DNA of 64,000 bases from an uncultured virus (IMG/VR IMGVR_UViG_3300044637_001924) (IMGVR_UViG_3300044637_001924), one strand, 5' to 3'. Shown: positions 9,765-20,085, numbered from the stretch's first letter. Program-made: numbers and translations. Notes: generated by a model from the sequence alone, not told the origin.

Positions 9765-10178
9765 TCAGTCCACCTCGTAAACCACTCGCTTGAAAGTGGC
9801 AAAACGCTCCTCATGGGTCATGTTCTTGAGTTTTTTGCTGAGAATACTGAAGAGAAAGCTGAGAAAACGCTCAGGCACAAACTGAGTGTCTTTGCACACA
9901 TGAGCATAGACATTGGGATTTAACAGTCGCATATCACGGATCAGCTCATGTTCACCATCTTTGCAGATGTTTGCTTGATACCATTTGCCACCCATGCATA
10001 GCCACATCCAAAATGTGGTGAAACTGCGAGATGTGAACAAAAGGCTGCCAGCAGCAATTACGCAAGTGGTGCCCTCTGAGGTTGGCAACCGGTCTACCAG
10101 GACACTTTCACCCAAATCGCTGGCGATTCGGAGGCATTCCAAATCTGAATGCTGGAAGTCTAGTAATCGTTGTCCCAT
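9765..10178 (-). CDS. Hypothetical protein
   Basis: GGAG RBS; overlaps end of upstream gene. Confidence 0.6.
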   Translation of the reverse strand: MGQRLLDFQHSDLECLRIASDLGESVLVDRLPTSEGTTCVIAAGSLLFTSRSFTTFWMWLCMGGKWYQANICKDGEHELIRDMRLLNPNVYAHVCKDTQFVPERFLSFLFSILSKKLKNMTHEERFATFKRVVYEVD

Positions 10179-10852
10179 GTTACTCCTCCCTTTGTAAGTT
10201 GCTCTACCGCAGTCAATAGCAATTCTTTGCTGGCTTCAAAACCATGCAAATGATATTTCAAGGTTCTCAAGGGCAAGTTGCGGGTGTTGTCAGAGTCTTT
10301 CAAGAGCAGCTCTCCAGAAAGGCTGCCCCAAGCAGCAGATTCTGAAGCCAGCAGTGTTTTCCCATCTGTGGCAAACTCACAATTGTGGAAGTCAAAGCTG
10401 TCCCAAACCTTCTCTACACTTTCTCCAAAGCGGCGTTTGATCATTTGCACTGTTATTCCTGTGAGCGGGGAATCACCTGGCATCCGATAAGTGATGGCAT
10501 TATCACTTTGGTGTGCAACGTAAAACTTGTTTTTGGGTTTGGTCTGTAGGCATTTGAAGTTGTTGAAAAGCTCTACTGTGAAGGTGTTGTCTTCTTGTTC
10601 CATGCATTCAGTTTCTTTTTCAAACTCCTCCTGCACATTCACCATAAGAGAGGTTTCAAAGATTTTTTTCCAAGTGGCCAGCTGTTCCCCGCTGGTGAAA
10701 AACACATCTAAGTCACCAGTAGTCCAGGGATTGTTTTCCCAAAGTTTGCGTGCCGCGCCGCCAGCAATCCAAGGCCCTTCAGTAATACTCAAAGGAGGCA
10801 TTCGAGCAATCAAAGTTTGGAATAAGGGATCAACCACAGGCTTCATCAACAT
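10160..10852 (-). CDS. Nucleotidyltransferase resembling a CCA/poly(A) polymerase head domain
   Basis: WIAGGAAR...GDLDVFF (GG..DxD) and FDFHNC resembling the RDFTIN motif. Confidence 0.65.
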   Translation of the reverse strand: MLMKPVVDPLFQTLIARMPPLSITEGPWIAGGAARKLWENNPWTTGDLDVFFTSGEQLATWKKIFETSLMVNVQEEFEKETECMEQEDNTFTVELFNNFKCLQTKPKNKFYVAHQSDNAITYRMPGDSPLTGITVQMIKRRFGESVEKVWDSFDFHNCEFATDGKTLLASESAAWGSLSGELLLKDSDNTRNLPLRTLKYHLHGFEASKELLLTAVEQLTKGGVTWDNDY

Positions 10853-11097
10853 CAGAACGTGCCTCCATTGAGATCTAGATTGCGTGGGGTTGATTGCAGT
10901 TGCCCCACAAGTTTTTCTTGTAGTTCCATCACTTTTTGTGCAAGATTTACATCGCGAGCCAACAATGCAGTTAAGCTCAAGGCCAAACTTTCCGCGTCTT
11001 CTCTTGACATGCGAATCTCTTTTGAGTTGTAGTCGCGAGCAGTGTTCACCAGTTTCACAAACTGATTGATGGGATCACTGGAAAAGTTGCTGCTCAT
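10852..11097 (-). CDS. Hypothetical protein
   Basis: ATGA overlap with upstream ORF. Confidence 0.6.
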   Translation of the reverse strand: MSSNFSSDPINQFVKLVNTARDYNSKEIRMSREDAESLALSLTALLARDVNLAQKVMELQEKLVGQLQSTPRNLDLNGGTF

Positions 11098-11570
11098 GGC
11101 TGTTTTTGTCCCTCTTTTTGTTTTTTGTTGAGCACTGTATTGAGTTCCAACTTGCTGGAAAATGGCCCCACAGTAGGGGCGTTTTCTACAGTTTCCATCT
11201 TGGGACAAAAACTGGGACTCCAGCCATGACTATAGTGAATGCCCCAATATCCAGCTGCAAATCTACTTTTGCTGTGTGCTGTTTTTGAATAGGTAACAAA
11301 AGGAGAGTCTTGGACATTTTGTGGATTCGTATGCTTGATTGGCCAAACGCCAATTTTGTCCAAAGGTTCTTCCTTTGCTTCCAGTTGCTCAAAAGTGATG
11401 TGCCACCCCAGCGACTTTTCCAACGCCTCTTGACTAGAGAATGTTTCAGTTGTTTGGCTGCTTAGGAGCGTGTAAGATCCATCCTGGGCACTGAGCACTC
11501 CAACTCTATTCCCCCATTCAGTCAACATCCAACTTTGTGCACTGATGGGTTTGGCTGAGATTTTCTTCAT
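11094..11570 (-). CDS. Conserved phage hypothetical protein
   Basis: Packed ORF with SKSRFAAGYW..WSPSFCPK block. Confidence 0.65.
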   Translation of the reverse strand: MKKISAKPISAQSWMLTEWGNRVGVLSAQDGSYTLLSSQTTETFSSQEALEKSLGWHITFEQLEAKEEPLDKIGVWPIKHTNPQNVQDSPFVTYSKTAHSKSRFAAGYWGIHYSHGWSPSFCPKMETVENAPTVGPFSSKLELNTVLNKKQKEGQKQP

Positions 11571-12072
11571 TGTCAACTACCTTGAACTTTGCCCTACGGG
11601 CCTTCGCTTGTGTTTCTGTCTGCCAGTTACACATCAAGTCTGCAACAGCAACCAGCTTTGTCAACTCATCAGGTGCTAGTGCCCCTGGATAAGATTCGTT
11701 GAATTTAAGCAATTGTTTTCTTAAGGAGTTTCCATGTTGGTTAAATGAATTTTCAAAAGGCAATATGTTGTAGTCAAAAACACCATCTGCTATTTTTAGG
11801 GTTATATCTATACCATCGCGGCACCAAATGCTAGCAGTATTTGGAATTGGGGCCTGTTGCCAATCAAAACTTTCACTAGTAATACAAACCAAACGATTGT
11901 TGTTTTTGATGATGCGACTCCAAATTTTGTATAGGTCTGGTTCACCAATAAGTGGTACACACGTCTTTAACCACCATCCGCGGCCAGGATGGCTCTTTTG
12001 TTGAAAGTGTGTGATCTCAGGAGGTTGACATGAGACTAGGATGTTCCAGATGTTTTGAAAATCCAAATCCAT
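11518..12072 (-). CDS. Hypothetical protein
   Basis: TAAATA at 12078-12083 immediately upstream of ATG. Confidence 0.6.
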   Translation of the reverse strand: MDLDFQNIWNILVSCQPPEITHFQQKSHPGRGWWLKTCVPLIGEPDLYKIWSRIIKNNNRLVCITSESFDWQQAPIPNTASIWCRDGIDITLKIADGVFDYNILPFENSFNQHGNSLRKQLLKFNESYPGALAPDELTKLVAVADLMCNWQTETQAKARRAKFKVVDNEENLSQTHQCTKLDVD

Positions 12073-12080
12073 AGCCTTAT

Positions 12081-13061
12081 TTACTCGGTCAAGTGTCCTT
12101 GATATTCACTACTGAAACACACACTGTAATCTGAGGCTGTTTTTTCAATCCGCATCAAACCCCACTGTGCTGCAAATTTCAGCAATGCAATGCCCACTTG
12201 TGCCTTACGGGGTTGGTTTACTGCATTTTTGATGCAAGTATCCCAAGTTTCCACAAACTCTTGAGGCTGAGCGGTGAGATCAACAAGAGTACAGTTTCTT
12301 TCATATGCGTCACGAACTCGAATCTCTTCTCCGTTGTGGTCTGTCCACGTGCTGAGCATGAGATTGTTCCAGGAATAGCCTTGGGACACTTTGTTTTCAA
12401 ATGCTTCCAACATCTTTTTCTTCCGCACACCTGGGAATGCACTCATGACATTATCACTGGCATCACCCCTAATGCATTTTTCAAACAAAATCCATTCAGG
12501 ATGAGGCACTGGTAGTGCCTCGCCCTTCTTGTTGTGCGCAAGATTGCCATCTTTGTCGTAAATTCCGTTTATGGTATAGAGCAACGCACTGATACCATCG
12601 TAAATTTTAACATTCGTGGCTAGCAGTTGTTGAAAGTCACTGTCAGTGCTGACAATCACATGATCATCACCCGGATGCAATTGGATCCAACGTGCAATGA
12701 GATCATCTGCTTCAGCTTGTGGCGCCTTCAACACTGTTGCATTGGTACGCGAGCTTACGAACTTAATGAAGTCATCAAGAGCTTCATAAAACACTCGATC
12801 TTCTTCCTGTTCATCCGCTGTGCGCTGTCCAGCAGCTACTCGGCGATGAGCTTTGTAAGGCTGGTAAAAATCCCGTCGCCAACTCCTGCTTTCGAGGCAG
12901 CACACTAAATGTGACCCATTGAAATCGTTCCACACCTTTTTGATGCTGGTGAAAATAATGTGCATGGCCAAGCCCACTTGTGCATTGAAATCTGGAGCTC
13001 TTACACCATATCGAACACGCATCGCCAAATTTTGCAGATCTACAATTACATAAGTGCTCAA
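12081..13061 (-). CDS. rnh: RNase H / 5'-3' exonuclease (T4 Rnh/FEN family)
   Basis: IVD, SWRRDFYQPYKAHR, EADDLIA, STDSDFQQL, GDASDNV; probable TTG start at 13061 after GGAGA. Confidence 0.9.
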   Translation of the reverse strand: MSTYVIVDLQNLAMRVRYGVRAPDFNAQVGLAMHIIFTSIKKVWNDFNGSHLVCCLESRSWRRDFYQPYKAHRRVAAGQRTADEQEEDRVFYEALDDFIKFVSSRTNATVLKAPQAEADDLIARWIQLHPGDDHVIVSTDSDFQQLLATNVKIYDGISALLYTINGIYDKDGNLAHNKKGEALPVPHPEWILFEKCIRGDASDNVMSAFPGVRKKKMLEAFENKVSQGYSWNNLMLSTWTDHNGEEIRVRDAYERNCTLVDLTAQPQEFVETWDTCIKNAVNQPRKAQVGIALLKFAAQWGLMRIEKTASDYSVCFSSEYQGHLTE

Positions 13062-13110
13062 AGTTCTATCTCCACTATATGACACAACTCTAGCAAGGCT
13101 AGGCAGTGTG

Positions 13111-13731
13111 TCAACTGTATTCAGTCTTCTGTTTGTTAGGTCGCCTTGCTCTCCGGTTAGTTGGTATAGCAGTGGCAACAAATGCATCATCTTGTTCGCC
13201 CAAATCTGAGGCTACGGCTCGACAAACATCTGTTAACCACTTTTCCACTACTTCTTGCTCACTGGCACCTTCATAACCGTGGTTGCGGAGAAATTCCACA
13301 AAATAACTGTTGTAATCCAATTCAAAAAAGCTTCGTGACGGATCAGTGGGGTCCCAACTGATGTTGGGCATAGCTACCCAAGGCTCTTTTTTGGCCTCAG
13401 CTGTTTGCTTCTCATGCTCATTGCGATCAATTTTGTTGTGTTTGAGTTCAACATCCAACAGGGCTATTGCACGATCAACACTGGTTTCTTCAGTAGTCAG
13501 CATGCATATTTGCTGGTCAAACTCATACTCAGTAAGTTGCCCATATTTCTTTTTGGATTTGAGAGTTTTGATCTCTTTCTGAAGAGGATCTTCCTCATTT
13601 ATTTCAATCAAGCGTAACTCAAGGTCAAGACCCTGCATAGTGTATTCGGCTTCTGCAATTTGTCTTGTGCGACCTCGTAGACCCCAACTTCCTGGCCAAA
13701 GGCCAAAGGGGATTTTTAGATTCTTGCTCAT
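13111..13731 (-). CDS. Conserved phage hypothetical protein
   Basis: KEPWV...FFELDYN..FV..L...GY.G..E.EVVEKW block. Confidence 0.7.
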   Translation of the reverse strand: MSKNLKIPFGLWPGSWGLRGRTRQIAEAEYTMQGLDLELRLIEINEEDPLQKEIKTLKSKKKYGQLTEYEFDQQICMLTTEETSVDRAIALLDVELKHNKIDRNEHEKQTAEAKKEPWVAMPNISWDPTDPSRSFFELDYNSYFVEFLRNHGYEGASEQEVVEKWLTDVCRAVASDLGEQDDAFVATAIPTNRRARRPNKQKTEYS

Positions 13732-13994
13732 GTTTTTTCCTTGAAGTTGTTTGGTAGCACATAACTGAGATCTTGTAGATCAAACATGTAGTCGGGTGCT
13801 GAAAGTGGCACTGCATACCTCACTTGGGGATGGATGTATTTTTGGTGCTCTGAAATAGGACACTCAGCCACCCTACTAGCTAGCGTGGAGAGATTGTGGG
13901 GATCCTGACCATACGAGATGGTGAAGAATCCCCGGTTGGCCACCAACAGCTCGCCACTATCTGAATACCAATCAAATCTGACAGGTATGCTCAT
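13728..13994 (-). CDS. Hypothetical protein
   Basis: Packed between queE and next gene with ATGA overlap. Confidence 0.55.
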   Translation of the reverse strand: MSIPVRFDWYSDSGELLVANRGFFTISYGQDPHNLSTLASRVAECPISEHQKYIHPQVRYAVPLSAPDYMFDLQDLSYVLPNNFKEKT

Positions 13995-13996
13995 GC

Positions 13997-14878
13997 TTAG
14001 GCGTAACTTCCAAATAAATGCAATTGCATATTAAAGACGAATCCGTTCTGGACACAATAACGAGCAGCGTGTTCGTGATTGGCTTGAGCAGTTTGCATAT
14101 TGATAAGCCCTGGCGTCCAAAAACTCACAACTTCATCCACAATACTGCGTTCTTCAAGACTAATTTGATTTTTCTCAGCTCGAATTTGCTTGCTTTTCTG
14201 CGGTTCATGGTTGTAAATGTTCATGGGACTTACAAACACCTTCTTACCAGTTTGGTCCCGCCAGTTGTGTGCCCAGTCAGGGACATTATTGTAAGGAGTA
14301 TCAGAATCTGCACTCATTACAAATTTCAAACAGTCTGCTCTTCCTAGCATTTCTGCTCGTGGTTCAAGATATTTCACCGGACGGCCATTTTTTTCACTGC
14401 ACTTGGGACTTACTACTAAGGTAGTTTCCTGAGGAATGTTCTGGACGATAGTGCCGTTGCTTTCAATTTGCGTTCGGGCAAACTGGGTATTCATATGCTC
14501 TAAAAATGGAACAATGTTTTTTTGTAGCATGGGCTCACCGCCAGTAAGCACGAGAACCATGTTGCGTTTCTTTACAGGATCACTTCCTGGACCCCCATAC
14601 ACAACATCAGCCCAAAGAGGGGTATTACCATTGAAGCTGTCAGAGATGCTCTTTGCGATTTTGGAGTCAATCTCTTGGATTGTCATCCAATCACCATCAT
14701 CAAAGAAAGTATCACAAAATGAACATTGGAGATTGCACTTGGCTAGCCTAACAAACACAGCAGGCTCGCCTCGATATGGGCCTTCTCCCTGAAATGTGGT
14801 GAAAATACTAGTTACAAAAAGTTCATCTTCTGCATTTTTGAAGTAACGTTCACCAACCAGCTCATTGCGTCCAAACAT
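13997..14878 (-). CDS. queE: 7-carboxy-7-deazaguanine synthase (radical SAM)
   Basis: IFTTFQGEGP..G.PAVFVRLAKCNLQCSFCDT (CxxxCxxC), TGGEP, IESNG, VSPK, QLH. Confidence 0.9.
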   Translation of the reverse strand: MFGRNELVGERYFKNAEDELFVTSIFTTFQGEGPYRGEPAVFVRLAKCNLQCSFCDTFFDDGDWMTIQEIDSKIAKSISDSFNGNTPLWADVVYGGPGSDPVKKRNMVLVLTGGEPMLQKNIVPFLEHMNTQFARTQIESNGTIVQNIPQETTLVVSPKCSEKNGRPVKYLEPRAEMLGRADCLKFVMSADSDTPYNNVPDWAHNWRDQTGKKVFVSPMNIYNHEPQKSKQIRAEKNQISLEERSIVDEVVSFWTPGLINMQTAQANHEHAARYCVQNGFVFNMQLHLFGSYA

Positions 14879-14940
14879 CCTAGATTCTCCTATTTGTTAT
14901 AATTTTGTTGTAACCATGCAGACAAGTCAAGGAGCTTGTG

Positions 14941-15525
14941 TTAAAGCTGCCAAACTAGTTGATAGCCGTCGTATACAAGCGGCACACAAATGTTTTGAAA
15001 GAATTCTTCCACATACTTGCCTTTGCCTATCCGAGAAGAAGAGTCACCAAAATTATCGTCCACAGCAATCATTGTGCCTGGACCCAAACAACTCCAAATT
15101 GCAGTCAATTCTTTCATATGATGAAAACTACTGGGATGAGGATTGTCTGGGTAAAAATCAAAACTGTCGAGATAGAGTAAGTTTATCTGACGGTTTTCTG
15201 CCTGCAACTTTTGACTTAAATTTCGTAACCAAACAACACTGTCTTGACAAAAAATTTGTGTGTTTGAGCACACTTGTGAGCGAGAAAAATTCACATGAGA
15301 CTCATCCAAATCAACTGTCAATAGTTGCCCAGAAAAAGTTTCCACATACTTGTCAAAAATTATTGTACTGAAACCATCACCGTGGAATCCATGTTGTAGG
15401 CTGCGACTGCATCCAGTTTCAACAATCAACGGATTGGCAGTTTGTTTTAGATGATTTATCATTATTTCAAAGCTGGCTTGGCGCTTACCTGTTTGGGCCA
15501 GCATTTGTTCAAGGCTCATGTCCAT
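14941..15525 (-). CDS. Class I SAM-dependent methyltransferase-like protein
   Basis: IVETG, TVD, DSV..L, LLYLDS, IAVDD motifs. Confidence 0.7.
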   Translation of the reverse strand: MDMSLEQMLAQTGKRQASFEIMINHLKQTANPLIVETGCSRSLQHGFHGDGFSTIIFDKYVETFSGQLLTVDLDESHVNFSRSQVCSNTQIFCQDSVVWLRNLSQKLQAENRQINLLYLDSFDFYPDNPHPSSFHHMKELTAIWSCLGPGTMIAVDDNFGDSSSRIGKGKYVEEFFQNICVPLVYDGYQLVWQL

Positions 15526-15541
15526 TTTTATTTCTCCCTTG

Positions 15542-16414
15542 TTATGTTCTGTAAGTGTGTTGGGTATCAAAAGGATAGATATCACTTGTTTTGACACCTA
15601 ACCCAGGTGCAACATGTTGCGAGAATTTTTGTGCATTGGATAAGACAAAATTGGGAAAATAGTTGTTCAATTCCACTGTTTCAAAAAACTGTCCTGGGGT
15701 GTGATGGCTACCTTTTGTGGCTATAAATCTGTCAATGTCAAAGTTTTCGACTATTTCAGGTATATTCTCATTTGTATGAACAAAACTGTTGATCTTTTGA
15801 ATACAATGCTGATTGTTTCCCAATGAGCTCCAATGCCAACCTCCATGCGCAACAAAGGCTGTGCCATCAGGCAACCCAACCCATGGAAACGTAAATGTTC
15901 GTTCTGTTTGAGGGTCAGTAAAGTCTTGAGACTTTGAGACAATAATACTTGGACCAGCTTGCCAATCTACCCCATTTGTGGTTTTGATTCTCATGTAATT
16001 TAATTTATACAAATACTGTGGAGCAAACAAAATCCAACGAGTGTGCTGACTATCATGTTTTATGCTAGAAACTACTGATGCTCGAGGAATTTCATCGGCA
16101 TCAGTTACAATGATCAAATCATCAGGGCTTTTGTCTCCTAGTCCTCGAGCAAGACATCTGCGTTGATGATTTTCTCTGAACCAAAGGTTGTCTTCACCGC
16201 CAGGCATGTCATCAACAACAATGTGACGAATTTTCTGGGCATATTTTTCAAAGCGTTGTTTGTTTAGATCAAAATACAAGGGCTTGAACATGCCAGTATG
16301 TGTAACATTTGATTCAGCTAACACAAAATAGTCAACAACGTCCCATAGCTCTTCAAGGCGTATTTCAAGTAGATCTAACTCATTGAAAAAAGTAAAACAA
16401 TCATATACTTTCAA
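15542..16414 (-). CDS. GT17-like beta-1,4-GlcNAc transferase
   Basis: YDCFTFFNELDLLEIRL, VLAESN.TH.G..KP, ENHQR, DADEIP, GWHWS. Confidence 0.85.
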   Translation of the reverse strand: MKVYDCFTFFNELDLLEIRLEELWDVVDYFVLAESNVTHTGMFKPLYFDLNKQRFEKYAQKIRHIVVDDMPGGEDNLWFRENHQRRCLARGLGDKSPDDLIIVTDADEIPRASVVSSIKHDSQHTRWILFAPQYLYKLNYMRIKTTNGVDWQAGPSIIVSKSQDFTDPQTERTFTFPWVGLPDGTAFVAHGGWHWSSLGNNQHCIQKINSFVHTNENIPEIVENFDIDRFIATKGSHHTPGQFFETVELNNYFPNFVLSNAQKFSQHVAPGLGVKTSDIYPFDTQHTYRT

Positions 16415-16432
16415 TTTTTTGTCCTTTGGCAG

Positions 16433-17140
16433 TTACAACAGTATTTTGTTTTGCCAACTGTTGCACAAATTTATTTTTTCTGATTCACTTACACCAGGAA
16501 AATGCACAGCCCAATCGCCTGGCTGCCATGAGCCATCTGTCAACAGTTTGTCCAAGGCAGGTTTTGGTATATAAGGATATAGGTTGTAATCATAGCTGTT
16601 TAACATTCGTTGAGGCACAACTTGAATCGTTTTGTCCCAAGGATGTGGAATTTTCAAAGACTCGCCTTGCGGGTAACTTGGGTGGTGTGTGCCGGGGAAC
16701 CCAAATAACTGATTCAATGCCCACTGTTCTGAGTCCCAATGTTGCAAAGCTTCTTTTTCCACTTTCAATAACTCGTGCAGTAATGACCGACACTGACTTG
16801 AGTTACGAAATAAAATGCTGCCTGTATTGAGGCCATTTACATCAGTTGAGATGAGTAAATCATGTGTGTCACTAGTTTTTTCTTGTATGGTTGTTTTGAA
16901 GTTGGTGATCAAAACATCAGTATCAGTATACCAAAGCCAACTGAGATGTGGGTGTGTGTCAAAAAGTTCCAACACCGCATGGATTCTGTCAAAGTGACTG
17001 GTCCAAGTGGTTTTTTCAAACAGATGATAATTGTGTCTCTGAGCATACAGCTTTTTGTTTTTGTCCAAGGTTATTTTTGAAAGTTCTGAGAAATTGTTGT
17101 TGTAAACAACCAGCAGTCCATACATGTGTTGCCCGATCAA
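16433..17140 (-). CDS. GT34-like (MNN10/GMA12) glycosyltransferase
   Basis: NKKLYAQRHNY, WLWYTDTDVLITN, GLNTGS, EQWAL, WQPGDWAVHFPG. Confidence 0.8.
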   Translation of the reverse strand: MIGQHMYGLLVVYNNNFSELSKITLDKNKKLYAQRHNYHLFEKTTWTSHFDRIHAVLELFDTHPHLSWLWYTDTDVLITNFKTTIQEKTSDTHDLLISTDVNGLNTGSILFRNSSQCRSLLHELLKVEKEALQHWDSEQWALNQLFGFPGTHHPSYPQGESLKIPHPWDKTIQVVPQRMLNSYDYNLYPYIPKPALDKLLTDGSWQPGDWAVHFPGVSESEKINLCNSWQNKILL

Positions 17141-17934
17141 AAATAATTTCCATTTATGCGGTCAAACCAACAATCGCCCCCGCCTCCTAGAGGAGTTTGT
17201 GTTTTTGTATCCCGATTGCCTTCGCACCAATAGCTTTTGCCCAAACCTATCGCTATAGCCAATGGCGCACTTTGATTGCCAATGAACATTTCACAACCTT
17301 GAATTACCTGTGCCAAATGCAACAGATCTAGGGTAGGAAAATAGTCAATAGTCTCCTTGAACTCTGTTTGCCACTCTTGATGTTCTCTAGGTGTGCCCAC
17401 AAACACAGCCTGCTTGCACAGACCTTGTTTGATAAAATCCATCCATTTTTGTGTAGCACTGTTGTCTCTATGTCTAGGTGTTCGATTGATTACTATGGGT
17501 CGATTGGGGATAAGGATTGGGCTAACCTGTGTGAGCCAAGGCTCTCTCAACAACTGGTGCTGCAATTGAACGTCAGTCATATCCCATCCCAGTCCCAAGG
17601 CATAGGCTTGAGTTTGATTACCTTGCCAACCAGAAGGTAATATGAATTTCCAATTTTCAGCTGCTAAATCATAATCAATGTGCTGGTTGGTATAGATTTG
17701 CACTTCATGCAAATAACTTTGGTGTAACAACAGGCTTTCAATGTTTTGAAAATCTTTTTCACTTATTCTGCCTGTGAAGGGCTGATTGTACCAACCCAAC
17801 ACATTTCGGCAAAACTCATCAAGGTATCCCAATTTGAGGTAAATGTTGCCACCCCCAAGGATTTTTACTGCACAAAGACTGTATATTATATCACCAGCAG
17901 TGGCATAGGTTATGAAGTTTTTCAGCACAATCAA
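17137..17934 (-). CDS. GT9-like glycosyltransferase
   Basis: GDIIYSL; LAQVIQGCEMFIGNQSAPLAIAIGLGK. Confidence 0.65.
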   Translation of the reverse strand: MIVLKNFITYATAGDIIYSLCAVKILGGGNIYLKLGYLDEFCRNVLGWYNQPFTGRISEKDFQNIESLLLHQSYLHEVQIYTNQHIDYDLAAENWKFILPSGWQGNQTQAYALGLGWDMTDVQLQHQLLREPWLTQVSPILIPNRPIVINRTPRHRDNSATQKWMDFIKQGLCKQAVFVGTPREHQEWQTEFKETIDYFPTLDLLHLAQVIQGCEMFIGNQSAPLAIAIGLGKSYWCEGNRDTKTQTPLGGGGDCWFDRINGNYF

Positions 17935-17979
17935 CCCAAGAAAACTATTTCAAAACTATACCAGAGTCGTGCAAGATTG

Positions 17980-18561
17980 TCACTTTTTCCTAAGAATGAT
18001 TTCGATAGCTGATTCACCAATGGGTGTCAGTGTTTGATCTTGATTTTGAATATGGTATCGATAACTGGCATCCAAAAGCTCAAGCTTCAAGATAGTGAGT
18101 TCGGGAAAGTTGGCTAGGAAACTTGTGCAGCTTACAGAAACAGGACTCCAGCTGAGATTTTTTTGAATTGTCCAAGTAGTTTTGTGATCCCAGTTGAAAC
18201 GACTGGGAAAAACCCCTTGTTCATAAAGGTCTTCATCTGGAACCAATAGGACCATATGCCCACCTGGTTGCAAAATTCTGCTCCAGTTTCTCATAGCTTC
18301 TGTAGGGTCTCTCATGTGCTCAAGACAATGGCTGCTGAGTAACCAATCAAAACTGTTGTCAGCTACACCTGCCATCAACTGCGCATCACCATCAGGTAGG
18401 TCCCAATTTCTCACCTGCTGCATTCCTGGAAAAAAATCTTTGTAATTGCTGACTGGGTCATCCCCAGCACCAATGTCAATGCCATTGCCTACGAAATATC
18501 GAGTAATAAATCTGCTGTCAGAGAGCCTTCTCATAACAGCTTTACTGGTTTCATGTGTCAT
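17980..18561 (-). CDS. SAM-dependent methyltransferase (type 11)
   Basis: GIDIGAG, FDWLLSSHCLEH, RILQPGG..VLLVPD. Confidence 0.85.
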   Translation of the reverse strand: MTHETSKAVMRRLSDSRFITRYFVGNGIDIGAGDDPVSNYKDFFPGMQQVRNWDLPDGDAQLMAGVADNSFDWLLSSHCLEHMRDPTEAMRNWSRILQPGGHMVLLVPDEDLYEQGVFPSRFNWDHKTTWTIQKNLSWSPVSVSCTSFLANFPELTILKLELLDASYRYHIQNQDQTLTPIGESAIEIILRKK

Positions 18562-19006
18562 TTTGATTCTCCAAACTGTTGTTTAACGCCTGCCAAGTGA
18601 GTTTCCCTTCTCTATGCTCAACTTCTGTTTCCAATGGCCTAATCAGGTCCTCATGGGAAACTTGTTTAGCTATCCTCAAACACTTTTTAACCCCTTGTAG
18701 ATAACTTCTTGCTATAGCTACTTCCCCAGCGGCTTTTATGTCAATGCAGTTCTGCAAACTGTCTACCAACTTAGATGCTGCCTTAGTGGGATGGTTTTGA
18801 TGCCAAGTGACCTCACCTTGTATGCTGATGCTTAAGATGGTTTCGCCATAGTCATTGTCAACTCGCAATGCTTGAGTAGGCCTGGCATTACTGCTACCAA
18901 ATGTCAGTAACGTACCAACCGTGTAACCTGATCCAAGGTTATTCACTGTGATACCGGTTACACTGCCTTGACAGACACTGGTTACCTTAAAAATATTAGA
19001 GGCCAT
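18551..19006 (-). CDS. Hypothetical protein
   Basis: Contains one VTGITVNNLGSGYT unit reminiscent of virion beta-repeats. Confidence 0.55.
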   Translation of the reverse strand: MASNIFKVTSVCQGSVTGITVNNLGSGYTVGTLLTFGSSNARPTQALRVDNDYGETILSISIQGEVTWHQNHPTKAASKLVDSLQNCIDIKAAGEVAIARSYLQGVKKCLRIAKQVSHEDLIRPLETEVEHREGKLTWQALNNSLENQNDT

Positions 19007-19290
19007 CAGGAACCTCTGGGCGATTGCAAAAACTCTATAAAACGAGCTTGATCTTCCACAGCCCAAAAACTGAACCGAAAACTCTCATAGCTGATTTTTT
19101 CTGTGGACCAAATATTGGTGCAATTTTCCACACACCAATTGAACAACAGTTCATAACTGGGTTCATAACGTTGGTTGGATGGCTTGTAAAGCTCTTCGAA
19201 GCTAAGGAGTAATTGATTGTGAATGAGTATTGCCCGAACACTCTCGGGCAACACATTCCACTCTCTATATCTACTGTTGATGATTTTCAT
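19006..19290 (-). CDS. Small hypothetical protein similar to the 44.6-45.9 kb paralogue family
   Basis: WC.E.C..W....F.F...ED.ARF pattern. Confidence 0.55.
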   Translation of the reverse strand: MKIINSRYREWNVLPESVRAILIHNQLLLSFEELYKPSNQRYEPSYELLFNWCVENCTNIWSTEKISYESFRFSFWAVEDQARFIEFLQSPRGS

Positions 19291-19329
19291 ATTTTGACCT
19301 AAAAATTCTCTGTTACAATAACTGTTGTA

Positions 19330-20010
19330 TTAGAGAGAGGTCAAGTCAACCATCTTCATAAATTCAGCACGAGCACTGGGATCCTGTTTGAACGCACCAC
19401 CCAGCTTGCTGGTAACTGTGCTGCTGCAATCATCTTCAACGCCACGATGACTTACGCAATAGTGCTTGCCGTGAATGACGACAGCAATGCTATCGGTTTC
19501 CAGGATATATTCCATTGCATGAAAGATCTGCTCAGTCAAACGCTCTTGAATTTGTGGTCGGCGGCTAAAGTATTCGACAATTCGATTGATCTTGCTTAGG
19601 CCCAATACCTTTTCTTTGGGAATATAAGCCACAGTTGCTACACCATCAATCACAATGAAGTGATGTTCGCAGGCACTTTTGACAGTGACATTTCGTTCAC
19701 ACACCATTTCATCATAGCCCATTTTGTTGGCAACAGTGGTGCACTTGGGGAAAGCTTCCCAATCAAGACCCCAAAAAAGTTCCTGGATAAACATGCGAGC
19801 CACTCGTGTCGGCGTTTCAGCCAAACTATCATCTGATAGATTCAAGCCCATTGTTTCCATGATGTCCTTGAACTTGCGTTCAATAATATCAATTTTGTCT
19901 GTGCGGCTTAGGGAATTTTCCACTGTTGGGGTTTCAACCCCTTTGGAAACTAGGTATTCATGTACTTTGCGACCCAGTTCAGGATCACATTTTGTGCGAT
20001 TATAGCTCAT
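19330..20010 (-). CDS. folE: GTP cyclohydrolase I
   Basis: ETPTRVA, SACEHHF, VLGLSKINRIV, RPQIQERLT, HYCVSHRGV. Confidence 0.95.
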   Translation of the reverse strand: MSYNRTKCDPELGRKVHEYLVSKGVETPTVENSLSRTDKIDIIERKFKDIMETMGLNLSDDSLAETPTRVARMFIQELFWGLDWEAFPKCTTVANKMGYDEMVCERNVTVKSACEHHFIVIDGVATVAYIPKEKVLGLSKINRIVEYFSRRPQIQERLTEQIFHAMEYILETDSIAVVIHGKHYCVSHRGVEDDCSSTVTSKLGGAFKQDPSARAEFMKMVDLTSL

Positions 20011-20085
20011 ATCTTTCCTTTCAAAGCATCTGTCGTTTATGCACAACGGGTGTTTCCACCAATTTGCTACCGTAATGTAGCAGAC

